A stretch of DNA of 64,000 nucleotides from Desulfobacterales bacterium (lineage in GTDB: Bacteria > Desulfobacterota > Desulfobacteria > Desulfobacterales > UBA5852), in assembly GCA_963674755.2 (NCBI GenBank), contig CAXXVS010000003.1:352001-416000 (forward strand), written 5' to 3'. Numbering within the stretch: the stretch's first letter is position 1; each line of letters starts with the position of its first letter. The translations under genes were made by a program, and so were the position numbers. This document shows positions 31,807 to 42,083 of this stretch, in pieces. A model generated the notes under the pieces. That model made no database searches, had not been told where the DNA came from, and saw only the letters and a program-made list of their open reading frames with translations.

Positions 31807-34209
31807 ATGACGGAAGACAGCAAGCGGACCCGCGCCATCGAAAAGCGGGCCCGTCAAACCACCCCCCGCTGGGGGCGTCGTATTTTTTTCTGGCTGGTGG
31901 GCCTAACGGCGGTTACCGGCGTTGTCGGCGCCATTGCCGCGGCCGGATTCTTTTTTTACTTGATCGAAGACCTTCCCAAAATCACCACCCTGGCCGATTA
32001 TCGGCCCTCCACGGTGAGCACGGTTTATGCTGAGGACGGCCAGAAAATCGCCGAGTTCTACAAAGAGCGCCGTATCGTGATCCCCCTGGAAGAGATTCCC
32101 CCCATGCTGGTGGAGGCCTTTATCGCGGCCGAGGACTCGCGGTTTTACGAGCACCGCGGTATCGATTTCAAAAGTATTGCGCGGGCCTTTTTCAAAAATT
32201 TGGAGGCCGGGGGCATTGTCCAGGGCGGCAGCACCATTACCCAGCAGGTGACCAAATCGTTTTTTCTTACGCCCGAGAGAAGTTACAAGCGCAAGTTAAA
32301 GGAAGCGGTCCTGGCCTATCGCATCAGCGAGCGCTTTACCAAAGAGGAGGTGCTGTTTCTCTATCTCAACCAGATCTATCTGGGCCACGGGGCTTACGGT
32401 GTTCAGGCCGCCGCGCAAAACTACTTCGGCAAATCCGTCCAGGATCTGACCCTGGCCGAATGCGCCATTCTGGCAGGCCTTCCCCAGGCCCCCAGCCGGT
32501 ACTCACCCCATCGCTATCCGGAGCGTGCCCGGCAGCGGCAGCTTTACGTTTTGAGTCGTATGGTCGAGGAAGGCTACATAACGGAGCAACAGGCCGAAGA
32601 AGCACGCAACGAGGTCTGGGATATCAAGCCGCGGCGCAACTGGTATGCTGAAAAAGCCCCCTTTTACACGGAACATGTCCGGCGCTACGTGGCGGAGAAA
32701 TACGGTGAAGCGGCCCTCAACCAGGAGGGGCTCAACATCTATACGGCCGTGGATGTGAGTACGCAGGCCGCCGCCCGGGAAGAGATGGGGAAGGGGCTGC
32801 GCGATCTGGACAAACGCCAGGGGTATCGCGGACCACGCGAACACCTGGCCCCGGATCAACGTGATGCGTTTCTCCAAAGTCTGGCCGCCGAGCAGGTTGA
32901 TATGCTGGCGCCGGATACCATCGTACGCGGGCTTGTGACGGCCGTGGACGACAAACGCAAACGGGTCGAAGTGTCGCTTGGCAGCGCCAAGGGCTTCATT
33001 GCGCTGGAAGATATGGCCTGGGCCCGCAAACCGAATCCGGAGGTCGGCTATTGGGCTGTCAAAATCACACGCCCGAGTTTGGCCCTGACGGTCGGTGATG
33101 TGATCGACGTGCGCCTGAAGGCCCAAAAGGACGGTGATGCCGATTGGGCGTTGGCCCTGGAGCAGACCCCCAAAGCCCAGTCCGCGTTGTTGTGTATCGA
33201 AGCGGAAACCGGTTTTGTCAAAGCCATGGTGGGCGGGCGTGACTTTCAAGACAGCCAGTTCAATCGGGCCATCCAGTCCCGGCGGCAGCCGGGCTCTGCG
33301 TTCAAGCCCATCATCTATGCAGCCGCCATCGACAAAGGCTATACGCCGGCCACGGTCATTTTGGACGCCCCGATCGTCTTTGAAGACACGGAACGGGACT
33401 TTACCTGGAAGCCCAAAAACTACAAGGAAACGTTTTACGGCCCCACCCTGCTGCGCCAGGCCCTGGCCAAATCGCGCAATGTGGTGACGGTCAAGATCCT
33501 AAAGGATATCGGGATCGACTATGCCATCGACTATGCCCGCAAGATGGGGATTCAGTCCCATTTAAACCGTGATCTGTCTATTGCCCTGGGCTCCTCGGGG
33601 GTTTCCCTGCTGGAAATCGTGAATGCTTACTCGGTGTTCGCCAATCGGGGCTATCGGGTCAACCCGATCTTTGTCACCCGGATCACCGATCGCGACGGTC
33701 ATGTGCTGGAAGAAAATCGCCCTGAGCGTGAAAAGGTGATCGAGGAAACCACGGCTTATATTATCAGCAGCCTGTTGGAGAGCGTCGTAAAAAGCGGCAC
33801 CGGTCAGCGGGTGCGCGCCCTCAACCGTCCGGTGGCCGGTAAGACCGGCACCACCAACAACCTTTATGATGCCTGGTTCGTGGGCTATACCCCGGATATC
33901 ATCACCGGGGTCTGGGTCGGTTTCGATGAAGAGGGGTCCCTGGGCAGAGGCGAAACCGGTTCCCGGGCGGCTAGCCCGATCTGGCTGGGATTCATGCAGC
34001 GCGTCATGGCGGACCGCCCCGTCAAAGTCTTTGAGGTTCCGGAGGGCATCGTCTTCAGCCGCATCGATGCCGAAACCGGTTTATTGCCGATTCCCGAATC
34101 CAAGGAGACGATTTTCGAGTGTTTCAAAGAAGGGACCGTGCCCACCGAACATACCAAAGCCCCCGATACGATCGCGGAACCGGAGGACCTTTTCAAGGCC
34201 GGTATGTGA
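31807..34209 (+). CDS. mrcA: Penicillin-binding protein 1A (bifunctional transglycosylase/transpeptidase)
   Basis: N-terminal TM; EDSRFYEH, QGGSTITQQ, RKLKE, YLNQIYLG; SAFK, SRN, KTG transpeptidase motifs; start 31774 or 31807. Confidence 0.95.
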   Translation: MTEDSKRTRAIEKRARQTTPRWGRRIFFWLVGLTAVTGVVGAIAAAGFFFYLIEDLPKITTLADYRPSTVSTVYAEDGQKIAEFYKERRIVIPLEEIPPMLVEAFIAAEDSRFYEHRGIDFKSIARAFFKNLEAGGIVQGGSTITQQVTKSFFLTPERSYKRKLKEAVLAYRISERFTKEEVLFLYLNQIYLGHGAYGVQAAAQNYFGKSVQDLTLAECAILAGLPQAPSRYSPHRYPERARQRQLYVLSRMVEEGYITEQQAEEARNEVWDIKPRRNWYAEKAPFYTEHVRRYVAEKYGEAALNQEGLNIYTAVDVSTQAAAREEMGKGLRDLDKRQGYRGPREHLAPDQRDAFLQSLAAEQVDMLAPDTIVRGLVTAVDDKRKRVEVSLGSAKGFIALEDMAWARKPNPEVGYWAVKITRPSLALTVGDVIDVRLKAQKDGDADWALALEQTPKAQSALLCIEAETGFVKAMVGGRDFQDSQFNRAIQSRRQPGSAFKPIIYAAAIDKGYTPATVILDAPIVFEDTERDFTWKPKNYKETFYGPTLLRQALAKSRNVVTVKILKDIGIDYAIDYARKMGIQSHLNRDLSIALGSSGVSLLEIVNAYSVFANRGYRVNPIFVTRITDRDGHVLEENRPEREKVIEETTAYIISSLLESVVKSGTGQRVRALNRPVAGKTGTTNNLYDAWFVGYTPDIITGVWVGFDEEGSLGRGETGSRAASPIWLGFMQRVMADRPVKVFEVPEGIVFSRIDAETGLLPIPESKETIFECFKEGTVPTEHTKAPDTIAEPEDLFKAGM

Positions 34210-34268
34210 TCGCTGCCGAAAGACGATCGGCAACATTAAAAACGATATCGACGTCGTCAGTTCGAAAG

Positions 34269-34306
34269 AAAAAGCCGCTGCTTTATGAAAAAGCAGCGGC
34301 TTTTTT
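34269..34306. terminator. Bidirectional terminator between PBP1A and usp
   Basis: AAAAAGCCGCTGCTTT-loop-AAAGCAGCGGCTTTTTT. Confidence 0.85.
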
Positions 34307-34357
34307 GGGGGAGATCCGAAGGGTGTGACGTTTTCAACCCGTTGGATCAGGCTAATC

Positions 34358-34891
34358 CTATTCCGGCAGGCGTACCGCGAGCACCGGAATCTTAGAGCGG
34401 CGCAACACCCTGCTGGTGGTGCTGCCCATCATGGCATCCACAAGGGCTCCCCGGCCATGCGTTCCCATCACGATTACGTCACAATGCTTCTCCTCCGCCG
34501 TGGCGAGAATCTGAGCGACCGGGTTGCCCCGTTTGATGACGGTTTCGTCCAGAGCGGCTTCGTGGTCGTCGGTACCGGGGCGCAGGTTTTCACAGAAGCG
34601 GTCCAGCACTTCATGAATCATGGTATTATCCCGTTTTTTACCGATCAGGACATCGCGGGCTTCGTCAATGTTGCGCTTCTTGATGTCTTCCCACTCTTGG
34701 GCCCCGATGTAGCCGATGACATTGGCATCCACAAATTCGGGAGTCTCATCGATGACGTGCAGGATAATGATCTGGGCGCCATAGCTATTGGCTAGACTGA
34801 CAGCGTAGGCCATGGCATAGCGCGCATTTTCCGACAGGTCGGTGGCATACAAAATACGCTTGATTTCCACTGAGGGTAGATCGACGTTCAT
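34358..34891 (-). CDS. Universal stress protein
   Basis: IKRILYATDLS, IILHVI, DVIVMGTHGRG...MMGSTT...VL. Confidence 0.92.
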   Translation of the reverse strand: MNVDLPSVEIKRILYATDLSENARYAMAYAVSLANSYGAQIIILHVIDETPEFVDANVIGYIGAQEWEDIKKRNIDEARDVLIGKKRDNTMIHEVLDRFCENLRPGTDDHEAALDETVIKRGNPVAQILATAEEKHCDVIVMGTHGRGALVDAMMGSTTSRVLRRSKIPVLAVRLPE

Positions 34892-35087
34892 GGTATGGTT
34901 CCCTTGTCTTTTGAGTGCGTCCAAATTTCCGGCCGGAAACGCGTTCCGATCGGAAAAGTTACGAAGATTTTTAATCCAGACAGCTCACCGGAACAATATC
35001 ATTAAGCCTTAAATCCGCTCCGACGGCGTTTTTGAAAATGACCCTCGCGGCATCTGGATATCATTCGAATCCACTTCTTGGCCATCT

Positions 35088-37436
35088 TTATGCCGAGGTG
35101 CTTGCTTTTTTAAGGGCCTGGCGTTGATGGATGGGAAGCGTCAGGTCCGGATTCCTTCGGATCCGCACTTTCTGCATGAAGAAAACCACCACCCACAAGG
35201 CAATGCCGAGACCGTCCACGATGAAGGTCGGCATTTCGAAACCGATAATCCACTTGATCAGGTGAGGGAAGAATAGGATCAGGGTGGCCACGGCACTGAT
35301 GATCCACTCAATGATGTTGGTGGGGCAGAGGAAATATCCCATGGTCAAGCTGCCGAAGGCGATGGTGCCCAAAACGATGGTGATCATGGTGGAGACCACC
35401 TGATACCAGGGCATCATATGCTCCGGGCCGCCAAGCAGAAAGCCCGGAGAAAAGGCGAACAGAAATGGGCCGACATAGAGCATTTTGGCAAACTTGAAAG
35501 AGGTCCAGCCGGTCTTCCAGGGGTCGGAGCCGGCAATGGCCGCGCCGGCGTAGGCCGCCACGCATACCGGCGGAGTGATGTTGGAATCCTGGCTGAACCA
35601 ATAGACGATCATGTGGGAGGCGATCAGGGCCCATGATACCTGGGCGATAATCAAGTCGCGTTGGGGATCACCGGGCAAAAGCTCACCGAGGGGCAGTTGG
35701 AGTTCCATCAGCCCCATCCCGAAAAAACTGCGGCAGATCATGTCGGACACGGCACCCACGGCCAGCACGGCCGTAATCAGGTAGGCGGCGGTGACCGGCA
35801 CGCCCATGCCCAGCACCAGCGAGGCGAGACCTACCAGCAGAATGGCGATAATCAGGTTGCCGGAGGAAAGCTCGATGATGATCTGGGAGAAGCGCAGCCC
35901 GATACCCGTAAGCTGAATCGTGCCGACGATGATGCCGATAACGCCCACCGTGGCGCCGATGATCAGAGTGGCCCGGGCACCCTCGTTCATGGCGCCGAAA
36001 ATTTCCTTGATACCCATGCGGCTGTCCGAAGTCAGCCAACTCACCGCGATGCAGGATAGAATCGCCCAGAAACCCGCATATCCCGGTGAATAGCCGACGA
36101 GCATCATCACCACGATGACCACCAATGGCACGGACATGAACCACTGCTTCTTAAGAATCTGCCAGGCCGAAGGGGCGCCCTCCTCGCGGATACCCACCAG
36201 CCCGTGGCGTTTGGCCTCGAAGTGGATCATCACGAAAACCGAGAGGAAGTAGATCACGGCCGGGAAGATGGCCATGAGCATGATCTTCACATAGGGAATT
36301 TCCGTCATTTCAGCCATGATAAAGCCGCCGGCCCCCATGATAGGTGGCATGAACATGCCGCCGATGGAGGCCGAGGGTTCGATGGCTCCGGCCACATGAG
36401 GCCTGAATCCGGCCTTTTTCATCAGAGGAATCGTGAAGGCACCCGTGGAAACCGTGTTGGCGATGGCCGAACCCGAGACCGATCCGAAAAAGCCCGAAGC
36501 CAGCACCGCTACCTTGGCCGGACCGCCTACCGATTTGCCGGCGATCGCCATGGGCAGATCCAGAAAGAAGCGGCTGGCACCGGAAAATTTTAAAAATGAG
36601 CCGAAGAAAATGAACAGGATGACATAGGTCACCAAAACGCTGGCCATGATGCCGAACACGCCCTCCTGCTTGTAATAGATGTGGTTCAGGGCGCGGTCTA
36701 TTTTAAAACCGGTGTGGGCGAAGGCCTTGAGTACCGGGATGTGGTGCAGCAGGTCGCCGTAAAAAGCGTAGAGCAGGAAAAAAACGCCCACCAGGGTCAT
36801 GGACCAGCCCAGTACCCGACGCGCTACCTCGAGGGACACCAGGATGCCCAGAAAGCTAACGGCGGTGTCCAAGGGGGTTTCGGATCCCATGCGGTAGTTG
36901 ATGGCCGCGTATTCCCTGATGTAGTAGCCCACCGCGAAAATGGCGACGGCCGTGAGCAATAGATCGAGAGCAACGGGGGCGCTGTCGTTTTTTCCCCAGT
37001 AAGGGAGCGGCAGGAAGAAAACGACCGACAAGCCCAGGCTGACGATAAGATAGAGCCAGTTGATGGCGACAAATGGTTCCCTTGCCCCCTGGGTGCCGAA
37101 GAGAAAATGCAGTGCAAAATAGAAGAGCATTGCCGTCGTGAGATAAGGGATCAACGCATCGAGATAGTAGCCAGGTTTGTTGACGGGTTTGCCCGTCATA
37201 GGGTAGCTGAGCATGATCATTACATAGGTGACCATGACATAGATGCCCAGGAAGTACTGGGTATCGACCGGGATGGCGGCGGCGTACATGTAAAACAGCA
37301 CCATGCCAACGCCCATGGCGGAGATCAGCCCGAACCAGATGCCGGTCACGGGGCGTCCGGTTTTGGCGTCCTTGCTGACGATTTTTTGAAGCTTTTCCTT
37401 ATCTTCAGCGGTTTCGGGGATGTCGATTTCGCTCAT
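35088..37436 (-). CDS. TRAP transporter fused permease (4TM/12TM, TAXI type)
   Basis: GGPAKVAV, GSVSGSAIAN, FTIPLMKK, PPIMGAG, GMGVPVTAAY, ITPPV. Confidence 0.93.
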   Translation of the reverse strand: MSEIDIPETAEDKEKLQKIVSKDAKTGRPVTGIWFGLISAMGVGMVLFYMYAAAIPVDTQYFLGIYVMVTYVMIMLSYPMTGKPVNKPGYYLDALIPYLTTAMLFYFALHFLFGTQGAREPFVAINWLYLIVSLGLSVVFFLPLPYWGKNDSAPVALDLLLTAVAIFAVGYYIREYAAINYRMGSETPLDTAVSFLGILVSLEVARRVLGWSMTLVGVFFLLYAFYGDLLHHIPVLKAFAHTGFKIDRALNHIYYKQEGVFGIMASVLVTYVILFIFFGSFLKFSGASRFFLDLPMAIAGKSVGGPAKVAVLASGFFGSVSGSAIANTVSTGAFTIPLMKKAGFRPHVAGAIEPSASIGGMFMPPIMGAGGFIMAEMTEIPYVKIMLMAIFPAVIYFLSVFVMIHFEAKRHGLVGIREEGAPSAWQILKKQWFMSVPLVVIVVMMLVGYSPGYAGFWAILSCIAVSWLTSDSRMGIKEIFGAMNEGARATLIIGATVGVIGIIVGTIQLTGIGLRFSQIIIELSSGNLIIAILLVGLASLVLGMGVPVTAAYLITAVLAVGAVSDMICRSFFGMGLMELQLPLGELLPGDPQRDLIIAQVSWALIASHMIVYWFSQDSNITPPVCVAAYAGAAIAGSDPWKTGWTSFKFAKMLYVGPFLFAFSPGFLLGGPEHMMPWYQVVSTMITIVLGTIAFGSLTMGYFLCPTNIIEWIISAVATLILFFPHLIKWIIGFEMPTFIVDGLGIALWVVVFFMQKVRIRRNPDLTLPIHQRQALKKASTSA

Positions 37437-37497
37437 TTCAAATTCCTCGTACTGCTGTTGACAATACTGTTGGCCTGTGAAAGCTCATGTTAAAGAT

Positions 37498-37530
37498 AAA
37501 GCGGGGAAGCGCAATGGCGCGCTTCCCCGC
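37498..37530 (-). terminator. Stem-loop between TAXI solute receptor and permease
   Basis: GCGGGGAAGCGC...GCGCTTCCCCGC followed by TTTATCTTT on the minus strand. Confidence 0.6.
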
Positions 37531-37538
37531 GGTTTGTT

Positions 37539-38516
37539 TTACTGCATCAGATTGGCGGGGATTTCTTTGCCCTGTTCTTTCCAGAACTTGATTGCGCCCG
37601 GGTGCAACGGCACGGAAGCGCCGGTGAAGCCGTTTTTCAGGTTCATTTCACTGAAGGATTTTTTAGCTGTAACCATGGCTTCCATGCCGGCCTTGGACCA
37701 CAAGGTTTTCATGATGGTGTAGACCAGATCTTCGGGCATGTCGACATTGGTGGTCAGAATGCAGGAATCCTGAAAACTCTTGGTGGCGGGCATGCCCTTG
37801 CCATAGGTGCCGGCCGGGATCGTCATGGGCGAGTAGGCGAAAGCCTTATAAAAGCCGGTTTTTTCGGCGTCGACGCCCACATCCACCAGCGCAATCGGCA
37901 CCTGAACGGCGGCTTCGATGATGGAACGGTTGGGATAACCCACTAACACCCAGAACGCATCGATCTTGCCGTCCTGGAAGGCGCTTGCGGCCTGACTGTA
38001 ACCCAGAAAATCCGGTTTGAATTTATCCCACAGGCCAATATGGCGGAAAAAACGCTCGGCACTGGCGGCGGCGCCCGAGCCGGCGTTGCCCAAGGCCACG
38101 CGTTTACCTTCAAGCTGCATGGCACTGGTGATACCGGCGTCGGCGCGTACCACGAGCTGGGCCGGGGCGCCGTAGAGGTAGCCCATGGACCGGATCTTGT
38201 TGTATTTCACGTCGTCCTGGGGCAACTTACCATTGAATCCCAGAGCGCTGTCCACAGCATAGCAAAGACCGAAATCGGACTCGCCGTTATGGATGCGTTT
38301 GAGGTTTTCCACCGACCCGCCCGAACCCACCGAGCTGGCCTGGATGTTCGGATCAACCTTGGGGACGTACACGGCCATGGCATTGGTGAAGGTGTTGAAG
38401 GTCCCGCCGGTCGGCCCGCCGCCGATCTTGATGCTGTAGTTTTCCGCAAGGGCCGGGACGGCGATCATTGCCATCACCGCGGCCGCCATTATGGCGATTA
38501 TTACGTGTCTCTTCAT
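37539..38516 (-). CDS. TAXI family TRAP solute-binding protein
   Basis: Signal peptide; IGGGPTGGTF, GGSVEN, GNAGSG, DGKIDA, VPLHPGA. Confidence 0.93.
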   Translation of the reverse strand: MKRHVIIAIMAAAVMAMIAVPALAENYSIKIGGGPTGGTFNTFTNAMAVYVPKVDPNIQASSVGSGGSVENLKRIHNGESDFGLCYAVDSALGFNGKLPQDDVKYNKIRSMGYLYGAPAQLVVRADAGITSAMQLEGKRVALGNAGSGAAASAERFFRHIGLWDKFKPDFLGYSQAASAFQDGKIDAFWVLVGYPNRSIIEAAVQVPIALVDVGVDAEKTGFYKAFAYSPMTIPAGTYGKGMPATKSFQDSCILTTNVDMPEDLVYTIMKTLWSKAGMEAMVTAKKSFSEMNLKNGFTGASVPLHPGAIKFWKEQGKEIPANLMQ

Positions 38517-38748
38517 GGGGTTCTCCTTTCATCCCGTTTCATGGTTTGTGGGGCTGTTCGGTGCGCCTGCCGGAGCACGTCGCAAGGCATCGGCGCAGGA
38601 AGGCCCCTCCTGTTGCAGGGCTGTGCCTTGTCAGCTCCTCTCTTCAGGTAGCGCAAGGAACGACAAGCCTTTTACCCCTTAGCCACCAGGACCGCAAAAG
38701 TAAAGATGGGAAGTTCTGAAATCCAGCGACGGGAATTTCTGATTCGTA

Positions 38749-38767
38749 TGTAAGAATATTTCTTACA
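38749..38767. promoter_or_regulatory. Perfect palindrome, putative NarL/UvrY-family operator
   Basis: TGTAAGAA-TAT-TTCTTACA upstream of the TAXI gene, overlapping the response regulator stop codon. Confidence 0.55.
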
Positions 38768-39401
38768 GTTCTACCAAGTGGTTCTGGATCGCGAACCGGG
38801 AAAGCTCGGCGTTGTTCCGCAGGTTGAGCTTTTTCAGGATACGGAAGCGGTAGGTATCGACGGTCTTAATGCTGATGCCGTAGATGGAGGCGATCTCGCG
38901 GTTGGTCGCGCCCATAGCCAGCCGGCGCATCACCTGGAGTTCGCGCATGGAAAGCGAATCCAGCAGATTTTGACCGCCGGTGCCGCGGGCCACCCGCAAG
39001 GCCAGCGCCTCGGCGGCCTCATCCGTCAGAAAACGGCTGCCGCCGATGACTTTGCGAATGGCGCTGACCAACTGCTCGGGGGCCGATTGCTTGGTAATGT
39101 ACCCCATGGCCCCAGCCTCGATGGCCCGCACGACGTACTGCCCCTCCTCGTGCATGGTGAGGACGAGCAGCGGGAGGGAAGGATGATCGACGTGCAACCG
39201 GCTGATCACTTCCAGGCCGTCGAGCCCCGGCATGGAGAGGTCGATGACGGCCACATCCGGCCGTGCGCTTTCCACGGCACGCAGGGCGTCGCGCCCGTTG
39301 GCGGCTTCCGCCACAACAGTCATATCACCACTTTCCTCGATCAGGCGCCTCAGACCGGCACGTACGATGCTGTGGTCATCGGCCAGCAGAACCTTGACCA
39401 T
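38763..39401 (-). CDS. NarL/FixJ-family response regulator (UvrY/GacA-like)
   Basis: LLADDH, IDLSMP, GYITK receiver; LSMRELQV...SIKTVDTYRFRILKKL LuxR HTH. Confidence 0.93.
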   Translation of the reverse strand: MVKVLLADDHSIVRAGLRRLIEESGDMTVVAEAANGRDALRAVESARPDVAVIDLSMPGLDGLEVISRLHVDHPSLPLLVLTMHEEGQYVVRAIEAGAMGYITKQSAPEQLVSAIRKVIGGSRFLTDEAAEALALRVARGTGGQNLLDSLSMRELQVMRRLAMGATNREIASIYGISIKTVDTYRFRILKKLNLRNNAELSRFAIQNHLVEL

Positions 39402-39465
39402 GTTCAGTTGTCCCCGTTGCGTTGTGCGCTGTTGGCGCGGTAGTGGCCGGCAAGAAGCGGCCGCG

Positions 39466-41922
39466 TCAGGTCTCTTGATTCAAAGGCACCATAAAGCGAA
39501 CCAGCGTGCCGTGTCCAGTCTGGGAGTGGATTTCCAATTTGCCGCCGGCAAGTGTTGCGCGTTCCCGCATGCCGGCCAGGCCCAAGCCCTCGAATTCCGG
39601 CAGATGGTTCACTTCAAAGCCGCGGCCGTCGTCGTGCACGGAAAGCACGAGGCCATCGGATGTGGTGCCGAGACGTACATTCACATGGTCGGCCTCAGCG
39701 TGGCGCACCACATTGGTCAAGGCCTCTTGGGCGATCCGGTAAGCGGCGGTGGCCACCGTATCACTGGGGGTGGGTATGGCAGCTGATTTGAGAACACAGG
39801 TGATACCGGTGCGCCGCTCAAAGTCCGAAGTGTAAAGCTCGAGCGCGTCCACAAGACCCAGATCATCCAGAACCCCCGGCCGCAGATGAAACGCGAGGGT
39901 TCGCACATCGTCGATGGTCTGGTCAATGATACGGCACATGCTGCCGATGCGTCCGGCAATGAATTTATCGCCGGTTTTGAGTTTTTCTTGCAGCCAGACA
40001 GCGTCCAGGCGCAACGCGGTAAGGACTTGGCCAAGCTCGTCATGGAGCTCGCGGGCGATCGCCGCCCGCTCTTTTTCCTGGTTGGCCATGATACTGCCCG
40101 ATAGGCGGCGCAGCTGGTTCTGAGCTTTTTTCAGATCCGTGATATCGGTGGCAATACCGCCCACCCCGCGAATACCTCCGTCTTCGTTGTAAACCGGGAA
40201 CTTCACGGACAGGTAGGTATGCTGTCCGTCGGACTGGGGAATCATTTCCTCGACTTGGTACGATCGCTGTTCGGCCAGTACCCGCCGGTCCCCTTCTTGA
40301 AATTGTTTCGCCACTGTGTCCGGCAGAATCTCATGGTCGTTGCGACCGCGGATGTCGGCGTCCCTGAGCTCAAAAAGCTCTTCATAGCGCGAGTTCACCA
40401 GCAGGTAGCGTCCGTTGATGTCTTTGAAATAGACGACGGCCGGTGTGTGTTTGAGGATGCTGCTGATTTCGCGGGTGCGTAGTGTGACTTGGCGCTCCAG
40501 ATCTTTCGAATAGCGGCTCAGTTCCTTCTGGGTGCGTTTGAGGGCCTCTTCCGCCCGCTTGCGTTCCGTAACATCGATGGAAACCGCCAGGGTGCGTGTA
40601 AGTCGGCCTTCGTCATCGCGGTCGGCAATGGCCGAAAGGACCACATCGATCGTTTCGTTGGTTCTGGTACGGAACTGATAGGCCACGTCCTTGCAGAGCC
40701 CGGTGCTGAAAAACAGAGGGAAAATTTCTTTTTCAGCGGTCCGCCGGGATTCAGGCGTCATAAACGTCGTTAGCGGCTGTCCGATCACCTCATGGGGTTG
40801 GTAGCCCAGCGCCTGGGCCCAGAAGTCGCTGACGCTGACCAGCCGCCCCTCGGTATCGATGGAGTGCAGCATGGCGGGCGTACGATGGTAAAGAGAGCGA
40901 TAACGCTCCTCGCTCTTGCGCAGAGCGCTTTCAACCAGCCGCCGCCGGGCGATTTCTTTGCTGGCATTCTGGTAAAGCAGAAGCACGGCAACACCGATCA
41001 GAAGGCAGAGCAGCAAGACGACCGGACCGGTGACACGGAGAAACGGGTCCGAAATAGCGGCGGAGATGGCCTGGTAACTTCTAAGCTGAATGATTTTCCA
41101 TCCCGGGAAAGTATCGAGCTCCACTTGGTTCATCAGAAAACGCTCTGCCCCCAGGGTGGCCGTTTGCTGGTCGTCCTGGAATGTCAGGCCGACCCATTGC
41201 CACGGGCCGGCGCCGAATTGCCGCTCCCCGGCGATTTGGCGGATTTCGTCAGGCGAGGGGCGCCAGGCTAAGCGGAAAAGCCAGTCGCCGCGGTTGGAAA
41301 TAAAGATCACCCCTCGGGGATCGGTGACCAGAACGATGTCTTCGCTGGTTAATCCCAGGCGGTTTTCAATGACGTCAATGGAGGATTTGATGACCACGAC
41401 CCCGATCGGGTCCTCCGTAGGATTCCCGTAAATCGGACAGCTATTGTAAATCCCCCGTTTCTGCGAGGTGGTACCGAGGGCCAGATACGCGGTGGGCCAG
41501 CCCTTGATGGCCTTTTTAAAATAGGGGCGAAAACCGAAATTCTGGCCCACAAAACTGTCCGGGGCAAGACGGTTGCTGGAGGCCACGGTGAGGCCCTCTT
41601 GGTTGATGAGGTAGCAGACATCCGCCTCAAGGTTCCGCTGGAATTGATCCAGGAGGGCATTGACCGCCTGGGTCGACGCGCTGGTTGCTGCGCTGAGATG
41701 ATCTGACAGAAGCGTCTGACCGGCCAGAATGCGGACGACCTTGTTGTTTTCGGCCAGGTAGGAGGTCACGCTTTTGGAAAGGATTTCCAGGCGCATCTTC
41801 GCCTGACGCTCGGCTTCTTTAAAGGCCGATGCGTGCAAGTTGGCATAGTAGAGGTAGCCGCCGAGAGATGTAGAGAGAAAAGCAAGAAAAGCAAGAACAA
41901 GCAGGATAAGTCGTAAACGCAT
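39466..41922 (-). CDS. Sensor histidine kinase (Cache-like periplasmic domain, 2 PAS, HisKA_3, HATPase)
   Basis: Two TMs flanking FGFRPYF; PAS motifs DVTERK and DITDLK; IARELHDELGQ, QEALTNVVRHA, DDGRGF, GLGLAGMRER. Confidence 0.93.
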   Translation of the reverse strand: MRLRLILLVLAFLAFLSTSLGGYLYYANLHASAFKEAERQAKMRLEILSKSVTSYLAENNKVVRILAGQTLLSDHLSAATSASTQAVNALLDQFQRNLEADVCYLINQEGLTVASSNRLAPDSFVGQNFGFRPYFKKAIKGWPTAYLALGTTSQKRGIYNSCPIYGNPTEDPIGVVVIKSSIDVIENRLGLTSEDIVLVTDPRGVIFISNRGDWLFRLAWRPSPDEIRQIAGERQFGAGPWQWVGLTFQDDQQTATLGAERFLMNQVELDTFPGWKIIQLRSYQAISAAISDPFLRVTGPVVLLLCLLIGVAVLLLYQNASKEIARRRLVESALRKSEERYRSLYHRTPAMLHSIDTEGRLVSVSDFWAQALGYQPHEVIGQPLTTFMTPESRRTAEKEIFPLFFSTGLCKDVAYQFRTRTNETIDVVLSAIADRDDEGRLTRTLAVSIDVTERKRAEEALKRTQKELSRYSKDLERQVTLRTREISSILKHTPAVVYFKDINGRYLLVNSRYEELFELRDADIRGRNDHEILPDTVAKQFQEGDRRVLAEQRSYQVEEMIPQSDGQHTYLSVKFPVYNEDGGIRGVGGIATDITDLKKAQNQLRRLSGSIMANQEKERAAIARELHDELGQVLTALRLDAVWLQEKLKTGDKFIAGRIGSMCRIIDQTIDDVRTLAFHLRPGVLDDLGLVDALELYTSDFERRTGITCVLKSAAIPTPSDTVATAAYRIAQEALTNVVRHAEADHVNVRLGTTSDGLVLSVHDDGRGFEVNHLPEFEGLGLAGMRERATLAGGKLEIHSQTGHGTLVRFMVPLNQET

Positions 41923-42083
41923 GTTGCGCGCTCCGCTAAATGAAGCCAAATGGGATCAGGTGTCCCTGATTTCGCTTCGGAAACATTGCGTACCTTTGCG
42001 GCCGGCTCCCTGGTGAGCAAGCCGTGGGGGAAAGATGCGCGCGGTGCCGGCGGAGCGTTTGGACCGTTCCGCAGCGTCCTCCC

